Positions 11,935 to 22,173 are shown, counted from the stretch's first letter. The stretch: 64,000 bases of DNA from Candidatus Latescibacterota bacterium (GCA_965237525.1 CBDEFO010000007.1:512001-576000); one strand, 5' to 3'. The notes: generated by a model from the sequence alone, not told the origin. Numbers and translations are program-made.

Positions 11935-12055
11935 AGAGTGCCTTCTATCAACTCAGAGTTCAATCAGCTTGCTTTGCTTAAACGGATTCCTATCTCCTGA
12001 AGACTCTCCTTGCCTGCAGGTGAAGGGGGCCTTCCGATTCTATGTACCATCACAC
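11935..12055 (-). pseudogene. Second N-terminal fragment of the same family
   Basis: Translates MVHRIGRPPSPAGKESLQEIGIRLSKAS*LNSELI versus IIYRTRTAFSSAEKDSLQEIGVDFREIGWLKSDFL at 11675. Confidence 0.55.
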
Positions 12056-12159
12056 AGGAGGCGTTACCCTGATTGTTGTAGACACAGGCACGTTAGCAAC
12101 CCCGACTGGATCTCAACAGGAATGGCTTGTAGTCCACTGCTACGTCCTACGGCCCTAAG

Positions 12160-12200
12160 AAAAAAAGGGGGGCCATAGTGAATAATAACCGGCCCCCCTT
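12160..12200 (-). terminator. Rho-independent terminator
   Basis: aaggggggcc...ggcccccctt followed by a T-run on the minus strand, just after the stop at 12222. Confidence 0.75.
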
Positions 12201-12221
12201 AACATCTAACTTCTTTCCTTC

Positions 12222-13094
12222 TTATTCTCTAAAGGTTGACTTGATGCGGCCCCAGCTGTCTGCCTCAACAGCTGTCCAGATCGCAGGCTCAAAAGGAAGC
12301 AGGATGTAATCAATAAACGAATCCGCACAGCAGTCGGCGGTGGCGAAACTGCTGGACCACCAGCCTCCGTCGTAGCCACTATCATCGGGATCGTCACTGT
12401 CCTTAGTGGCAGTCACGATTCCTACGATCTCTCCCGCTGCAAGGGTGTGTATCGTGCTCGCCTCAACACCCTCAGAATTCAGGTCATCCCACGGAGTAAC
12501 GGCTATCTCTACAGTCTGGACACCTTCCCCACCTATTTCGCCATCAAGACTCCAGCCGATCAAGCCATAAGGAGGCTTATCTGCCCACGTGGCCGATCCC
12601 CAATGCCAGAGCGGATCCTCTCTGTTCAGATAATAGCGATAGCTCTGACCTTGAGATCCGTCCCACCTGGCCGGATCCAGGTCCTCTGAACCCAATCCCA
12701 TGAACCTTCCTCCGCTGTGGTCAGCATCGATGCCAAATTCGACGTTTTCCTGACGGTCGCCATCAGTTAACCGTGCATTATTGAAGTCGTCAAATCTCTC
12801 CTCCCACATATAGAGCAAGTTGGTCACCGGGCTCCATCCCCAGGCTAACTTGAATGCGAGGCTCGCGGGGTTCGGGTTATCAAACCCACCTTTGACGGTC
12901 TCTCTCACTTCATCTTGCGTTAAATAGTACGGATCAGTAAGCATCTGCCATTCTTCACCATCACCGTCCACTGAAATATTATCGGGAACCATGGGTATGA
13001 CAAACGTCTCATCTAACCTCAGGTGAGCCGATCCCATCGAAACAGCAAAGAGCACCACTCCCAGCAATATGAACATCGCAAACATCTGCTTCAT
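12222..13094 (-). CDS. Secreted protein, possible CBM9/DOMON-like fold, with C-terminal TAVEADSWGRIK motif
   Basis: ATG at 13094 after RBS gaaagga; signal peptide; paralog of 343..1242. Confidence 0.8.
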   Translation of the reverse strand: MKQMFAMFILLGVVLFAVSMGSAHLRLDETFVIPMVPDNISVDGDGEEWQMLTDPYYLTQDEVRETVKGGFDNPNPASLAFKLAWGWSPVTNLLYMWEERFDDFNNARLTDGDRQENVEFGIDADHSGGRFMGLGSEDLDPARWDGSQGQSYRYYLNREDPLWHWGSATWADKPPYGLIGWSLDGEIGGEGVQTVEIAVTPWDDLNSEGVEASTIHTLAAGEIVGIVTATKDSDDPDDSGYDGGWWSSSFATADCCADSFIDYILLPFEPAIWTAVEADSWGRIKSTFRE

Positions 13095-13328
13095 TGTGCT
13101 AATCCTTTCGTTGAAGATGATTAACTCATACAACGGATTCTATATATACACTATAGACCAGCATAACGCTCCTTTTTTACCACCTCCTTTAGCGGTTATC
13201 ATATTCCAGAATCAATATCTTAACACCACCTCCTTTCTTGAGATTTTGTGTCTGAGAGACGCCTAACGTCCCTTGCAGGATTCAAAATTAAGACTATACT
13301 TGTGGAAATTGCGCCAGCTTTGCTCTAC

Positions 13329-13357
13329 AATGTAATAATATCTCTTGTAGATGTCAA
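13329..13357 (-). promoter_or_regulatory. sigma70-like promoter
   Basis: TTGACA-17 bp-TACATT on the minus strand upstream of 13094. Confidence 0.55.
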
Positions 13358-13569
13358 GATATTTTTTTGAGATGCCACATGGCTTTTGAAAAAAATCGGC
13401 TTAAAGGCTTATAGTCGACATACCTAAGGCGGCTACATTTCTACAGGTTCAGTGTGCAGTTCAATCAAGGGACACTCACCTTCGAGGGACACTCACCTTA
13501 AATTTGCCAAACAGCGTACTCTCTTGTGAAGTTATACTACACTGACGTATGAAATTCGAATTGCTTCCG

Positions 13570-13656
13570 AATATGTTAGTCTCTCTTTCGGATGTCAAGA
13601 CTTTTTTTTCATAAAGAACTCTGATTTTGCGGAAAGGTAAAGGTTTAAGTTTTGCT
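13570..13656 (-). promoter_or_regulatory. sigma70-like promoter plus upstream box shared with 21343..21376
   Basis: TTGACA-17 bp-CATATT (13598..13570); box ctctgattttgcggaaaggtaaaggtttaagttttgct. Confidence 0.5.
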
Positions 13657-13842
13657 TAAGTTTTGCTGTAGTATATCGTTGAATGTGTGTTTCTCTTTCT
13701 CAGGGATTGGAAGGATTGCCATAGCTTATCCTGGGAGACGAACCTCTCTTTACTTGCGCCTTCATTCATTGGTTATCAGGAGCCTTCGAGGATGTTCGGT
13801 TCTCTATCGCGGAAGCTGCGTGATGTCTAGTCCCTGATAGGT

Positions 13843-14808
13843 TCAATCGCGGGAGGGTGCGGGCGACCAAGAAGGCATATGGTCGTCCGCCGGGTTGTCG
13901 GTCAGCCTTATGGGGTTTGTACCGTCAGCGTTCATCACGTAAATTTCCCCATTGCCATCGCGAGTTGAATGAAAGACGATCTTTGTCCCATCCGGAGACC
14001 AAGAGGGCGAGTCGTCTATGACCCTGTTATCGGTCAGTCGTGTCTGGTTTGTCCCGTCACTATCCATCACGTAGATTTCATAGTTGGCATCGCGGTGTGA
14101 CCAAAAGAGGATCTTCTGCCCATCCGGAGACCAGGAAGGTCTAAAATCGTTCGCTGTGTTGTCGGTCAACCTTATGGGGTGCGTTCCGTCAGCGTTCATC
14201 ACATAGATCTCATAGTCGCCATCCGAATCTGACATAAAGATAATCTTCCTCCCATCCGGAGACCAAGAAGGAAAGCCGTCGCGCGCCGGGTTGTCAGTCA
14301 GCCTTATCGGGTCTGTTCCGTCAGCGTTCATCACATAGATCTCATAGTTGCCATCGCGGTGTGACCGAAATGCGATCTTCTGCCCATCCGGCGACCAGGA
14401 AGGCGCGGTGTCATACTCGGAGTTGTGGGTCAGCCTTATTTCGTTTGTTCCGTCAGGGTTCATCACGTAGATCTCCCCGTTGCCATCGCGATATGACACA
14501 AATGCTATCTTCGTCCCGTCCGGCGACCAAGAAGGAAGGTAGTCCCTCACCGTGTTGTAGGTCAGTCTTATTGGGTTTGTACCGTCAGCGTTCATCACGT
14601 AAATTTCGGAGCTTTTTGAAGTAAAGTAATCATTGCTCTGGCGGTATGACACAAAAGCGATCTTCGGCTTTGGTAGACTGGATTTTGTTGTATTTGTGCT
14701 ATTGTCTTGACCAAAGCCTGTCTCCAGTGGCAGCAAGAGGACACTCAGCAGAGCTATGAGATGAAAAGCCCCTCGTGATCCTATAATGGTATTTCTCCTT
14801 TTTGACAT
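13843..14808 (-). CDS. TolB-like beta-propeller (PD40 repeats) secreted protein
   Basis: Repeated [25 protein letters not shown] units; signal peptide. Confidence 0.92.
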   Translation of the reverse strand: MSKRRNTIIGSRGAFHLIALLSVLLLPLETGFGQDNSTNTTKSSLPKPKIAFVSYRQSNDYFTSKSSEIYVMNADGTNPIRLTYNTVRDYLPSWSPDGTKIAFVSYRDGNGEIYVMNPDGTNEIRLTHNSEYDTAPSWSPDGQKIAFRSHRDGNYEIYVMNADGTDPIRLTDNPARDGFPSWSPDGRKIIFMSDSDGDYEIYVMNADGTHPIRLTDNTANDFRPSWSPDGQKILFWSHRDANYEIYVMDSDGTNQTRLTDNRVIDDSPSWSPDGTKIVFHSTRDGNGEIYVMNADGTNPIRLTDNPADDHMPSWSPAPSRD

Positions 14809-15085
14809 CGTGATGAAGTTCAGCCCCGACCTTCCGATTTTGATCTTGCAGCGAGTCGTGAATAATGCCGTTTGTACAAACTATACAACAATCACATTAC
14901 GATATGGCAGAAGCGATTGAATGTCCAGAATTTATCTCTGGCCACCAGGCTGGTCAGTTTTGTACTGTGTTAAAAGTTAACGGAGATATTCCAAAACTGG
15001 GCCTTAGCCCAGTTAAACCCGACCGGTCTACTATCCGTCGTAACCGATGTAACGGCGTACAAAGGTCAAGTCACTCTTCCCTTGT

Positions 15086-15120
15086 CCCCGACGGATTCTA
15101 TCGGGGGTCAATCGGTGGGG
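15086..15120. repeat. 21-bp mini-palindrome family, locus 3 (degenerate, compound)
   Basis: ccccgacggattctatcggggg + tcaatcggtgggg, followed by gaagcaatct. Confidence 0.7.
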
Positions 15121-15285
15121 AGTGAAGCAATCTGAGTGAGACTACCGCTCGCTGTATAGTTGTATACTATATTGGATCTCTATATTCTTGTCCATATTAT
15201 TTGGACCCGATACTCAAAAATATCACGCTTCAGACTGCTACGAACAGTCGATTTTCCAATCGCCTGTCATAAAAGTTCAAGGCGC

Positions 15286-17589
15286 TTAAGGTCCAGAATC
15301 TTCCACAACTGTGATGATCTGATTCGCAGGGACGTCCTTCAAGCTCTGGACTATGCCGCTGGGCCATTTAATCTCCACCAGGTCAGCACTTTCATAAGAT
15401 CCCAATCCAAATTCTAAGGGAAGACTGTTCGTAGATCCAAATCCACATCCCCCGCTCACCTCAGCATAGCGCAAGAACTGCCCCGTAGTTACTGTTACCT
15501 TGGCTCCAATGCCATCCCGATTGCTCTTTGTTCCGACTAATTTAACCGTGAGCCAGTTGTTGCCATTTCCTTCGTTGCGGTAGAGCTTATTTGCCCATCT
15601 ATCTCCCTCTAAGGCTCCCCCAACGGCGGCATAAATATCTTGATCTCCATCGTAGTCGTAGTCTGCGAAGATGACTCCGTGAGTCTTACCTATGTGTCCT
15701 ACTCCTGCTGATTCTGTGATGTCAGAAAATGTGCCATCGCCGTTGTTGTAAAGGAGCGCGCTCGGCTCCAAACGCCACATCTGCGGTCCACCGTTGCCAA
15801 AGTATATATCCAAATAGCCGTCGTTGTCCACGTCCCCGAAATTGCCCCCCATGGTGCCGAAGCACTTGTGCAGCTTAGCCTCATCTGTCGCGTAGGAGAA
15901 GGTACCATCCTGGTTATTGCGAAAAAGGAGTGGCTTGCAGTCGTCATTCGGGGCTTTCCCAAACACATGACTCTCTATCACATCTGGGTACGTCGCCATC
16001 GTGGAAACGAAAATGTCCAGATAACCATCGTTGTTGTAATCTAAAAAGAATGTGATAAATCCCTCTCTGGACCACCCCGCCACCCCAGCCAGTTCGGTCA
16101 CATCCAGATAGGTTCCGTCCCCGTTATTGCGATAGAGCACATCTTCCTGACCAGAGTTGACCACATATATATCTAAATCCCCATCGTTGTCGTAGTCCCC
16201 GAACGCTGTCCCGATTGCCTTACCCTTATGATTTACACCTGCTTGAGCAGATACATCCTTGAAGGTGCCATCGCCGTTGTTCCGATAGAGGGCATTGGGG
16301 GATCCGTCTCCCACTATACCGTTGGCGATGTAGATGTCCAGGAATCCATCGTTATCGTAGTCGCCAAAAGCAGCGCAAAAGCTCGATCGGGTATCTCCGA
16401 CGCCAGCCTGTTCGGTAACATCATCAAATCTGCCATCCCCATTATTACGATAGAGGGTGTTTCGACCGTTGCCATTCCAACCGTCTTTAGTTACGTAAAT
16501 GTCCAGATCTCCGTCGTTGTCGTAGTCTGCAAAGAGCGCAGCCCACCCGCCGTTGGGGTCATCAACCCCACTCTGTTGGGTTACGTCATCGAAGGTGCCG
16601 TTGCCATTATTGCGGTAGAGGGCAAGACCATCGTAATTTCCAACGGCAAAGATGTCCAGATCTCCATCGTTGTCATAATCGCCCCAGGCGCTGCCGCGCC
16701 CTCTATCCACCTTCATAGTCCCACTTTCGGGAGCTATATCGGTAAATTTAACGGGTGACTCAACAATTCCCTGTCTGGAGAGCTCTATTTTGTATTTCTG
16801 GTGTAAGTCGTTGGGGTACCCCCCTTGTTGGGCGTAGGCCAGTCTTAAATTCCACTTCGCCTCCATATGGAGGGGTTCTATATCAACTACACGCTTCAGC
16901 GACGAGATAGCATCTTCATACTCCCCAGCCCGAAGATGGGTCACGCCCAGGAGATAATGGTAATCCAAGTACCTGGTATACTCTTGCGTGAGGGCTTTAA
17001 ATTCTTTGGCAGCCTCCTCAAACTCCCCTAAGTTCAATTCTGCCACTGCCAGAAAGAACCTGATGCGCGTAGAACCCGGATTGAGTTCCAGTGCCTTTTG
17101 GAACTGTCTCTTGGATTCCTGGAGGTTCATCGTTGGAGTAGCAGGATTCATAAGAACCTCTCCAAGCGACACACGGCTTTCTATATGTCCTGGGTCTATC
17201 TCAACCGCCCGCTTAAATTCCAGGTACGATTGGTAAAACTTTTTCTGGTGCATAAGTGCCTCGCCTAAGAGGAGGTGCGCCTCGACTCGGTCGGGATCGA
17301 TTTCTATGGCCTTATTGAGTTCACGGACGCTCAAATCGAACTTATACTGGTGGATGTGCACCCTTCCCAGTTCAACACGGGCCTCATAGTAATTGGGATC
17401 TCCTTTCAGACACGCTTCATATTCCCGCGCGGCCTTGTCAAGTTGGCCGTGCTTGTAGTAACTGATACCCATCCAGTAGCGGTCTTGCACGTCTTCCCTT
17501 TGGGATCTTCCTGATCCATCTCTATCCCTATCGCACGAGCTGCAAAGAAAAAGAAATGCCGTCAACAGTGTTAAAAAGGACCTGCTCAT
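15286..17589 (-). CDS. TPR + FG-GAP repeat + ASPIC/UnbV (CRTAC1-like) lipoprotein
   Basis: Lipobox-like LCSSC; TPRs; DYDNDGDLD repeats; SNRDGIGAKV...FGLG C-terminus. Confidence 0.9.
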   Translation of the reverse strand: MSRSFLTLLTAFLFLCSSCDRDRDGSGRSQREDVQDRYWMGISYYKHGQLDKAAREYEACLKGDPNYYEARVELGRVHIHQYKFDLSVRELNKAIEIDPDRVEAHLLLGEALMHQKKFYQSYLEFKRAVEIDPGHIESRVSLGEVLMNPATPTMNLQESKRQFQKALELNPGSTRIRFFLAVAELNLGEFEEAAKEFKALTQEYTRYLDYHYLLGVTHLRAGEYEDAISSLKRVVDIEPLHMEAKWNLRLAYAQQGGYPNDLHQKYKIELSRQGIVESPVKFTDIAPESGTMKVDRGRGSAWGDYDNDGDLDIFAVGNYDGLALYRNNGNGTFDDVTQQSGVDDPNGGWAALFADYDNDGDLDIYVTKDGWNGNGRNTLYRNNGDGRFDDVTEQAGVGDTRSSFCAAFGDYDNDGFLDIYIANGIVGDGSPNALYRNNGDGTFKDVSAQAGVNHKGKAIGTAFGDYDNDGDLDIYVVNSGQEDVLYRNNGDGTYLDVTELAGVAGWSREGFITFFLDYNNDGYLDIFVSTMATYPDVIESHVFGKAPNDDCKPLLFRNNQDGTFSYATDEAKLHKCFGTMGGNFGDVDNDGYLDIYFGNGGPQMWRLEPSALLYNNGDGTFSDITESAGVGHIGKTHGVIFADYDYDGDQDIYAAVGGALEGDRWANKLYRNEGNGNNWLTVKLVGTKSNRDGIGAKVTVTTGQFLRYAEVSGGCGFGSTNSLPLEFGLGSYESADLVEIKWPSGIVQSLKDVPANQIITVVEDSGP

Positions 17590-17613
17590 TTATACTCCTT
17601 AAATTTCATCAGT

Positions 17614-19431
17614 TCACCGGGATATAGCAGAAAACGTAGTTCCCTCAACTATTCCACTTCCCTCCTGGACTACCACCAGTCGGTTGGCAGAAAGATTTTC
17701 GAATCTTTCGACAAGTCCGCTTGGCCAGATTACTTCTAACAGGTCTACAGTATTGCTCTTCCCCAGCCCGAAGTGAACTCTAAGATCGTTCTGTGATAGA
17801 TAGCTAGAACCGCTTCTGACCTCATTTATCTGAGTAAGTGCACCACAGCTGACCTTTATCCTTGTTCCTATACCGTCACTGTTGCTTTCGACTCCCACAG
17901 TCTTGACCATCAACCAGTTGTTTCTGTTGCCGCCTTCATTGCGCAGAAAAGTAGGAGTATCGTTCAGATCCAGGACGAATATGTCTATATCCCCATCGTT
18001 GTCGTAATCTCCAAAGGATGCGCCTCTGCTTACCTTCTTGATTTGCAGCCCCTCTCCCGAATTTTCGGAAACATCTTCGAATGTGCCATCTCCCAAGTTC
18101 TCAAAGAGTTGATTGGTCTGGGCATAGCTGGTGCCCAAGTTCGCCCTATCCAGCTGCGGAAAGATATGCCCATTAGCGACAAAAAGGTCTTTATCCCCAT
18201 CGTTGTCGTAGTCGAAAAACTCTGTGCCCCAGGCCAAGAATTCGAAGCTCTCAATTGCTACTCCGCTATCAAAGCTGACATCTGAAAAGAGTACGCCTTT
18301 ATCGTTGTGGTAGAGAGTATTGGTCTGCTCCCAAAAGTTAGTGACAAATATATCCTGATAACCGTCGTTATCGTAATCTCCAAAGGCAATTCCCATGCAT
18401 CCCTGTGCCTCGCCGTATGCGCTGTAGGCGGCACCTATCATCCAGCCTATATCTGTAAAGGTCCCGTCGCCGTTGTTTTGATAGAGGAAGTTAGGGCCAG
18501 TGTCGTTCGCCACATAGATGTCCTGGTCGCCGTCGTTGTCATAATCCCCACAGATCACTCCGAGACCGTAGAGCATCTTTTCACCCACAACTTTAGCCTC
18601 CTCAGTCACGTCCGAAAAAGTCCCATCTCCCTCATTGCGATACAATATATCCCCATCTCCCTTTATCCCTCGAGGTCCGAAGTGAACCTTTAGTCCTTTC
18701 CACCTGTAAGATCTATCGGGAGTGGTCTCTACAAAGTGATTAAAATCGACGTAGTTTGCGACGTACAGGTCCAGGTCTCCATCACCATCATAATCGAAGA
18801 ACGCGCATCCAGTGCTAAGCCCTTCATCTCCCACCTTGGCGCGTTCTGTTACATCTTTGAAAGTTCCATCACCCTGGTTGCTATACAGAACGTTTTTCCC
18901 ATAATTAGTCACATAGATGTCCAGGGCACCATCGTTGTTGTAATCTCCGGTTGCGCAGCCCATGCCCCAACCCTCATCGCCCGTTCCTGATTTTTCGGTC
19001 ACATCGATGAACGTGTTTCCGTCGTTCCTGTAAAGGGCATTTCGAGGATGATCGCCATCTGGAAACCCCACCACTCTTGATCCATTCAAAACGTACAGAT
19101 CTAAATCGCCATCGTTGTCATAATCGAAAAACGCGGATCCTCCCATCATAGCATCGACTACGTAGGATTGCTCACTGTCCCCGGAGACGTTTTTCAAAAC
19201 GACCCCCAGATCCGATGATACATCGACGAACATAACGCGACCGTCCCCTGGGGGACTTTTGGCAGTGCTGATCTTTCTGGAAGATCCACTGCTGCCCTCT
19301 GACACCTCGGCCTGACTATCCTCCGGAAAACTGTTGTCCGAACTTTTCTTAGAAGACTCGCTATTTCCCTGACATCCGAAGGACGATAACCCCACAAGAA
19401 CAAGGAACGATATGTAGAAGTGAATACGCAT
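17614..19431 (-). CDS. CRTAC1-like FG-GAP/ASPIC-UnbV lipoprotein
   Basis: Lipobox SFGC; DYDNDGD repeats; GSSYLSQNDLRVHFGLG. Confidence 0.92.
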   Translation of the reverse strand: MRIHFYISFLVLVGLSSFGCQGNSESSKKSSDNSFPEDSQAEVSEGSSGSSRKISTAKSPPGDGRVMFVDVSSDLGVVLKNVSGDSEQSYVVDAMMGGSAFFDYDNDGDLDLYVLNGSRVVGFPDGDHPRNALYRNDGNTFIDVTEKSGTGDEGWGMGCATGDYNNDGALDIYVTNYGKNVLYSNQGDGTFKDVTERAKVGDEGLSTGCAFFDYDGDGDLDLYVANYVDFNHFVETTPDRSYRWKGLKVHFGPRGIKGDGDILYRNEGDGTFSDVTEEAKVVGEKMLYGLGVICGDYDNDGDQDIYVANDTGPNFLYQNNGDGTFTDIGWMIGAAYSAYGEAQGCMGIAFGDYDNDGYQDIFVTNFWEQTNTLYHNDKGVLFSDVSFDSGVAIESFEFLAWGTEFFDYDNDGDKDLFVANGHIFPQLDRANLGTSYAQTNQLFENLGDGTFEDVSENSGEGLQIKKVSRGASFGDYDNDGDIDIFVLDLNDTPTFLRNEGGNRNNWLMVKTVGVESNSDGIGTRIKVSCGALTQINEVRSGSSYLSQNDLRVHFGLGKSNTVDLLEVIWPSGLVERFENLSANRLVVVQEGSGIVEGTTFSAISR

Positions 19432-19437
19432 TGTTTC

Positions 19438-21069
19438 TTACTTTTTCAGGCTCTGGAGGATCTCCAGTTCCTTCTGTGCGTCTTGCTGTCTGCCCAGTTT
19501 TATATAAGAATCTCTAAGACGAGAGTGAAACTCAGGGTTATAGGGAGCAAGAGCAATGGCGTATTTGTACGCATTGACAGCCTTTATGTGCCTGCCCTGA
19601 TTTGAATAGGCTATCCCCAAATCGCAGTGAAATTCGGGGTTACTCGGGACCATACTTACCCTACGTTCCAAATCGTCTACATTATGTTCGCGCAGCTTCC
19701 TGAATATCTCCAACTCCATTTTTCCTTCTTCAGATTTACCCTCTCTGATATAGGCGTTCCCCAGGCTGAAATGAGCTTCTGCGTTGTGGGGCTCGACTTC
19801 AATAGCTTTCCTGTATTCTTGTATCGCCTCTCCGTGTCTTCCGAGCTTGGCATACATTGCGCCTAAATTGTGATGAAATTCTCCATCGTCAGATTCGAGA
19901 CTGATGGCCTTTTTAAATTCTTCGATAGCTTCAGCGTACATCTTACGTCTTGAATATATCAACCCGAGCCGAAAGTGCGTACGAGCTATATTAGGATCTA
20001 TTTCGATCGTTTTTTCGTACTGCTTGGCCGCCTCATCGTACTTCCGCTGCCGTTCATAGGCCATGCCGAGGTTGTGGTGGAACCACCTGTTGGAAGGAGC
20101 GAGTTCCACAGCTCGACGATGTTCCCCGATAGCCTCAGATAGTACGTCTTGCTCCGCAAATACAGCACCCAAAGGGGCAACGGACAGTTCAATGTAAAGC
20201 AGACCCAATTTATCGTGCACATCTGCGCGGTTGGGATCATGCTTTAAAATCCTTTTGAACGCCTCTACAGCCTCGGGAAATCTACCTACGGCTCTGAGAG
20301 CATGCCCCAGAGCGTAATAGGCAGACGGGTCATTGGGTAGTAATTTTGAGGCAAGTTGTAATGCCTCTACAGCTTTGGAGTATTCTTGCCTTTCAAGGAA
20401 AATTCTCCCAAGCCTGTAGCGAGAAGGTCCGTAATTGGGATTGAGGCTGATGGCCCTCATAAAGCTCTGTTCTGCTTTATGCTTCTCCTGATTCAGAGAG
20501 TAGATAATGCCGAGGCCATGATGTGCCGGAAAGTACTTTGGAGAGAGCTTAACCACCTGTTCGTAAGCATCCCTTGCCTTGTCGTATTCCTTTCGTATGA
20601 AAGATATTTTACCTAAATGAAAGAGTGAGGGGACATCGTTAGGGTCGATTTGGAGCGCACCTCTAAATTCCTCTACTGCCTCACTATACCTGGCTTGTAT
20701 GGTATAAATTAAGCCGAGGCCGGTGCGAGCACGGATGTTCTTTGGATCCATTACGATGGCTTTCTTATATTCTGTCTCTGCGGCCCCGTAGTCGCCACTC
20801 TTGGCATAGTAGCGGCCGAGTTTATACTGTTCTTGTCCGCTTCGGGTGTTCTCCGAATCACTGTTCGGCTCCACGCTTAATTTCTGCCCGTAAGCTGCCT
20901 CAGAATAACACAGAAAGCACGCTACTAAGATGGCAAGCGCAAGACAAAGACGTCCGCTTCGCGTCTTACGGAGTTGATGTTCGACCCAGAGGTTTGGCAG
21001 ATGTGTAGAAAGACTCCAATGGTGCATAGACTCTTCCAGTTCCAGATAGAATGCGGACACAGGCGGCAA
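19438..21069 (-). CDS. Tetratricopeptide repeat protein
   Basis: Many TPR units after a hydrophobic signal-like segment; true start may be downstream. Confidence 0.85.
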   Translation of the reverse strand: MPPVSAFYLELEESMHHWSLSTHLPNLWVEHQLRKTRSGRLCLALAILVACFLCYSEAAYGQKLSVEPNSDSENTRSGQEQYKLGRYYAKSGDYGAAETEYKKAIVMDPKNIRARTGLGLIYTIQARYSEAVEEFRGALQIDPNDVPSLFHLGKISFIRKEYDKARDAYEQVVKLSPKYFPAHHGLGIIYSLNQEKHKAEQSFMRAISLNPNYGPSRYRLGRIFLERQEYSKAVEALQLASKLLPNDPSAYYALGHALRAVGRFPEAVEAFKRILKHDPNRADVHDKLGLLYIELSVAPLGAVFAEQDVLSEAIGEHRRAVELAPSNRWFHHNLGMAYERQRKYDEAAKQYEKTIEIDPNIARTHFRLGLIYSRRKMYAEAIEEFKKAISLESDDGEFHHNLGAMYAKLGRHGEAIQEYRKAIEVEPHNAEAHFSLGNAYIREGKSEEGKMELEIFRKLREHNVDDLERRVSMVPSNPEFHCDLGIAYSNQGRHIKAVNAYKYAIALAPYNPEFHSRLRDSYIKLGRQQDAQKELEILQSLKK

Positions 21070-21295
21070 ATTATGAAACTCGCGGAATTTCTGGTACTAA
21101 ATCGCCTTCCATTAAGAAGCTTTGTAATAATAATTTGGTAGTGAAGCCACGTAGAGCCTACCGCCTCCGGCGCGGCTCGACATCGGCACTCCGCGGGCGG
21201 GGCTTCAAACCCCCGCCCGCGGGAGCTGTCCCTCTCTTCCCCACATGGCATCCATCCGCCACTCACCTGTGGCGGTATTCTGCCAGAATTCTTAA

Positions 21296-21376
21296 AATAT
21301 AGTCAGGATAATTTATACTGTCAAGGAAAAACGAAGAGCTACCTCTGATTCGGAAAGGTGAGGTTTAAGTTTTGCT
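21296..21376 (-). promoter_or_regulatory. Near-consensus sigma70 promoter for the TPR-CRTAC1 operon plus shared upstream box
   Basis: TTGACA(21324-21319)-17 bp-TATATT(21301-21296); box 21343..21376. Confidence 0.7.
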
Positions 21377-21418
21377 ATATAGATTAAGAGATGACAATTT
21401 GCCCCAACGTATGTATTA

Positions 21419-21445
21419 GTAGTGGCGAGGGAACCTCGCCACTAC
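21419..21445. repeat. GTAG-type REP-like perfect hairpin
   Basis: gtagtggcgagg-gaa-cctcgccactac, 12-bp arms. Confidence 0.75.
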
Positions 21446-21463
21446 GTGGTTTGCTGGTACTTC

Positions 21464-21960
21464 GTGCCTCCTGCACAAGGTGCCTCCTGCACAAGGTGCC
21501 TCCTGCACAAGGTGCCTCCTGCACAAGGTGCCTCCTGCACAAGGTGCCTCCTGCACAAGGTGCCTCCTGCACAAGGTGCCTCCTGCACAAGGTGCCCTCC
21601 TGCACAAGGTGCCTCCTGCACAAGGTGCCTCCTGCACAAGGTGCCTCCTGCACAAGGTGCCTCCTGCACAAGGTGCCTCCTGCACAAGGTGCCTCCTGCA
21701 CAAGGTGCCTCCTGCACAAGGTGCCTCCTGCACAAGGTGCCTCCTGCACAAGGTGCCTCCTGCACAAGGTGCCTCCTGCACAAGGTGCCTCCTGCACAAG
21801 GTGCCCCCTGCACAAGGTGCCCCCTGCACAAGGTGCCCCCTGCACAAGGTGCCTCCTGCACAAGGTGCCTCCTGCACAAGGTGCCTCCTGCACAAGGTGC
21901 CCCCTGCACAAGGTGCCCCCTGCACAAGGTGCCTCCTGCACAAGGTGCCCCCTGCACAAG
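21464..21960. repeat. Tandem array of 31 x 16-bp units GTGCC(T/C)CCTGCACAAG
   Basis: Counted directly; one 17-bp unit at 21592; no spacers. Confidence 0.97.
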
Positions 21961-22173
21961 GGAGACAGACACGGACACGGTGCGTGCAGGGTCTGGTCTC
22001 AAAAGCGGGATGACCTGGCCCCCACATTTAATTTCAGTTAGTCATGTGTTACTTTAACCTAATCGTCGTTGGTTAAACCTAATCGCTTGAATCCTAACTT
22101 ACTCTTTCTAATATAAATACGGGTCCTTAGAAGCATATAGTTAGTGCACCTGGGAATCTTTCGAACAGGTCTA

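Noticed and set aside
21185..21245. tRNA-Sec (gggCTTCAAAccc loop)
   Set aside because: No D arm, T arm (GTTCRA) or acceptor pairing; it is one long REP-like stem
21464..21960. CRISPR array
   Set aside because: Units are contiguous with no spacers, and there are no cas genes in the window
21384..22057. Six overlapping Cys-rich ORFs
   Set aside because: Artefact of a stop-free 16-bp repeat read in all frames
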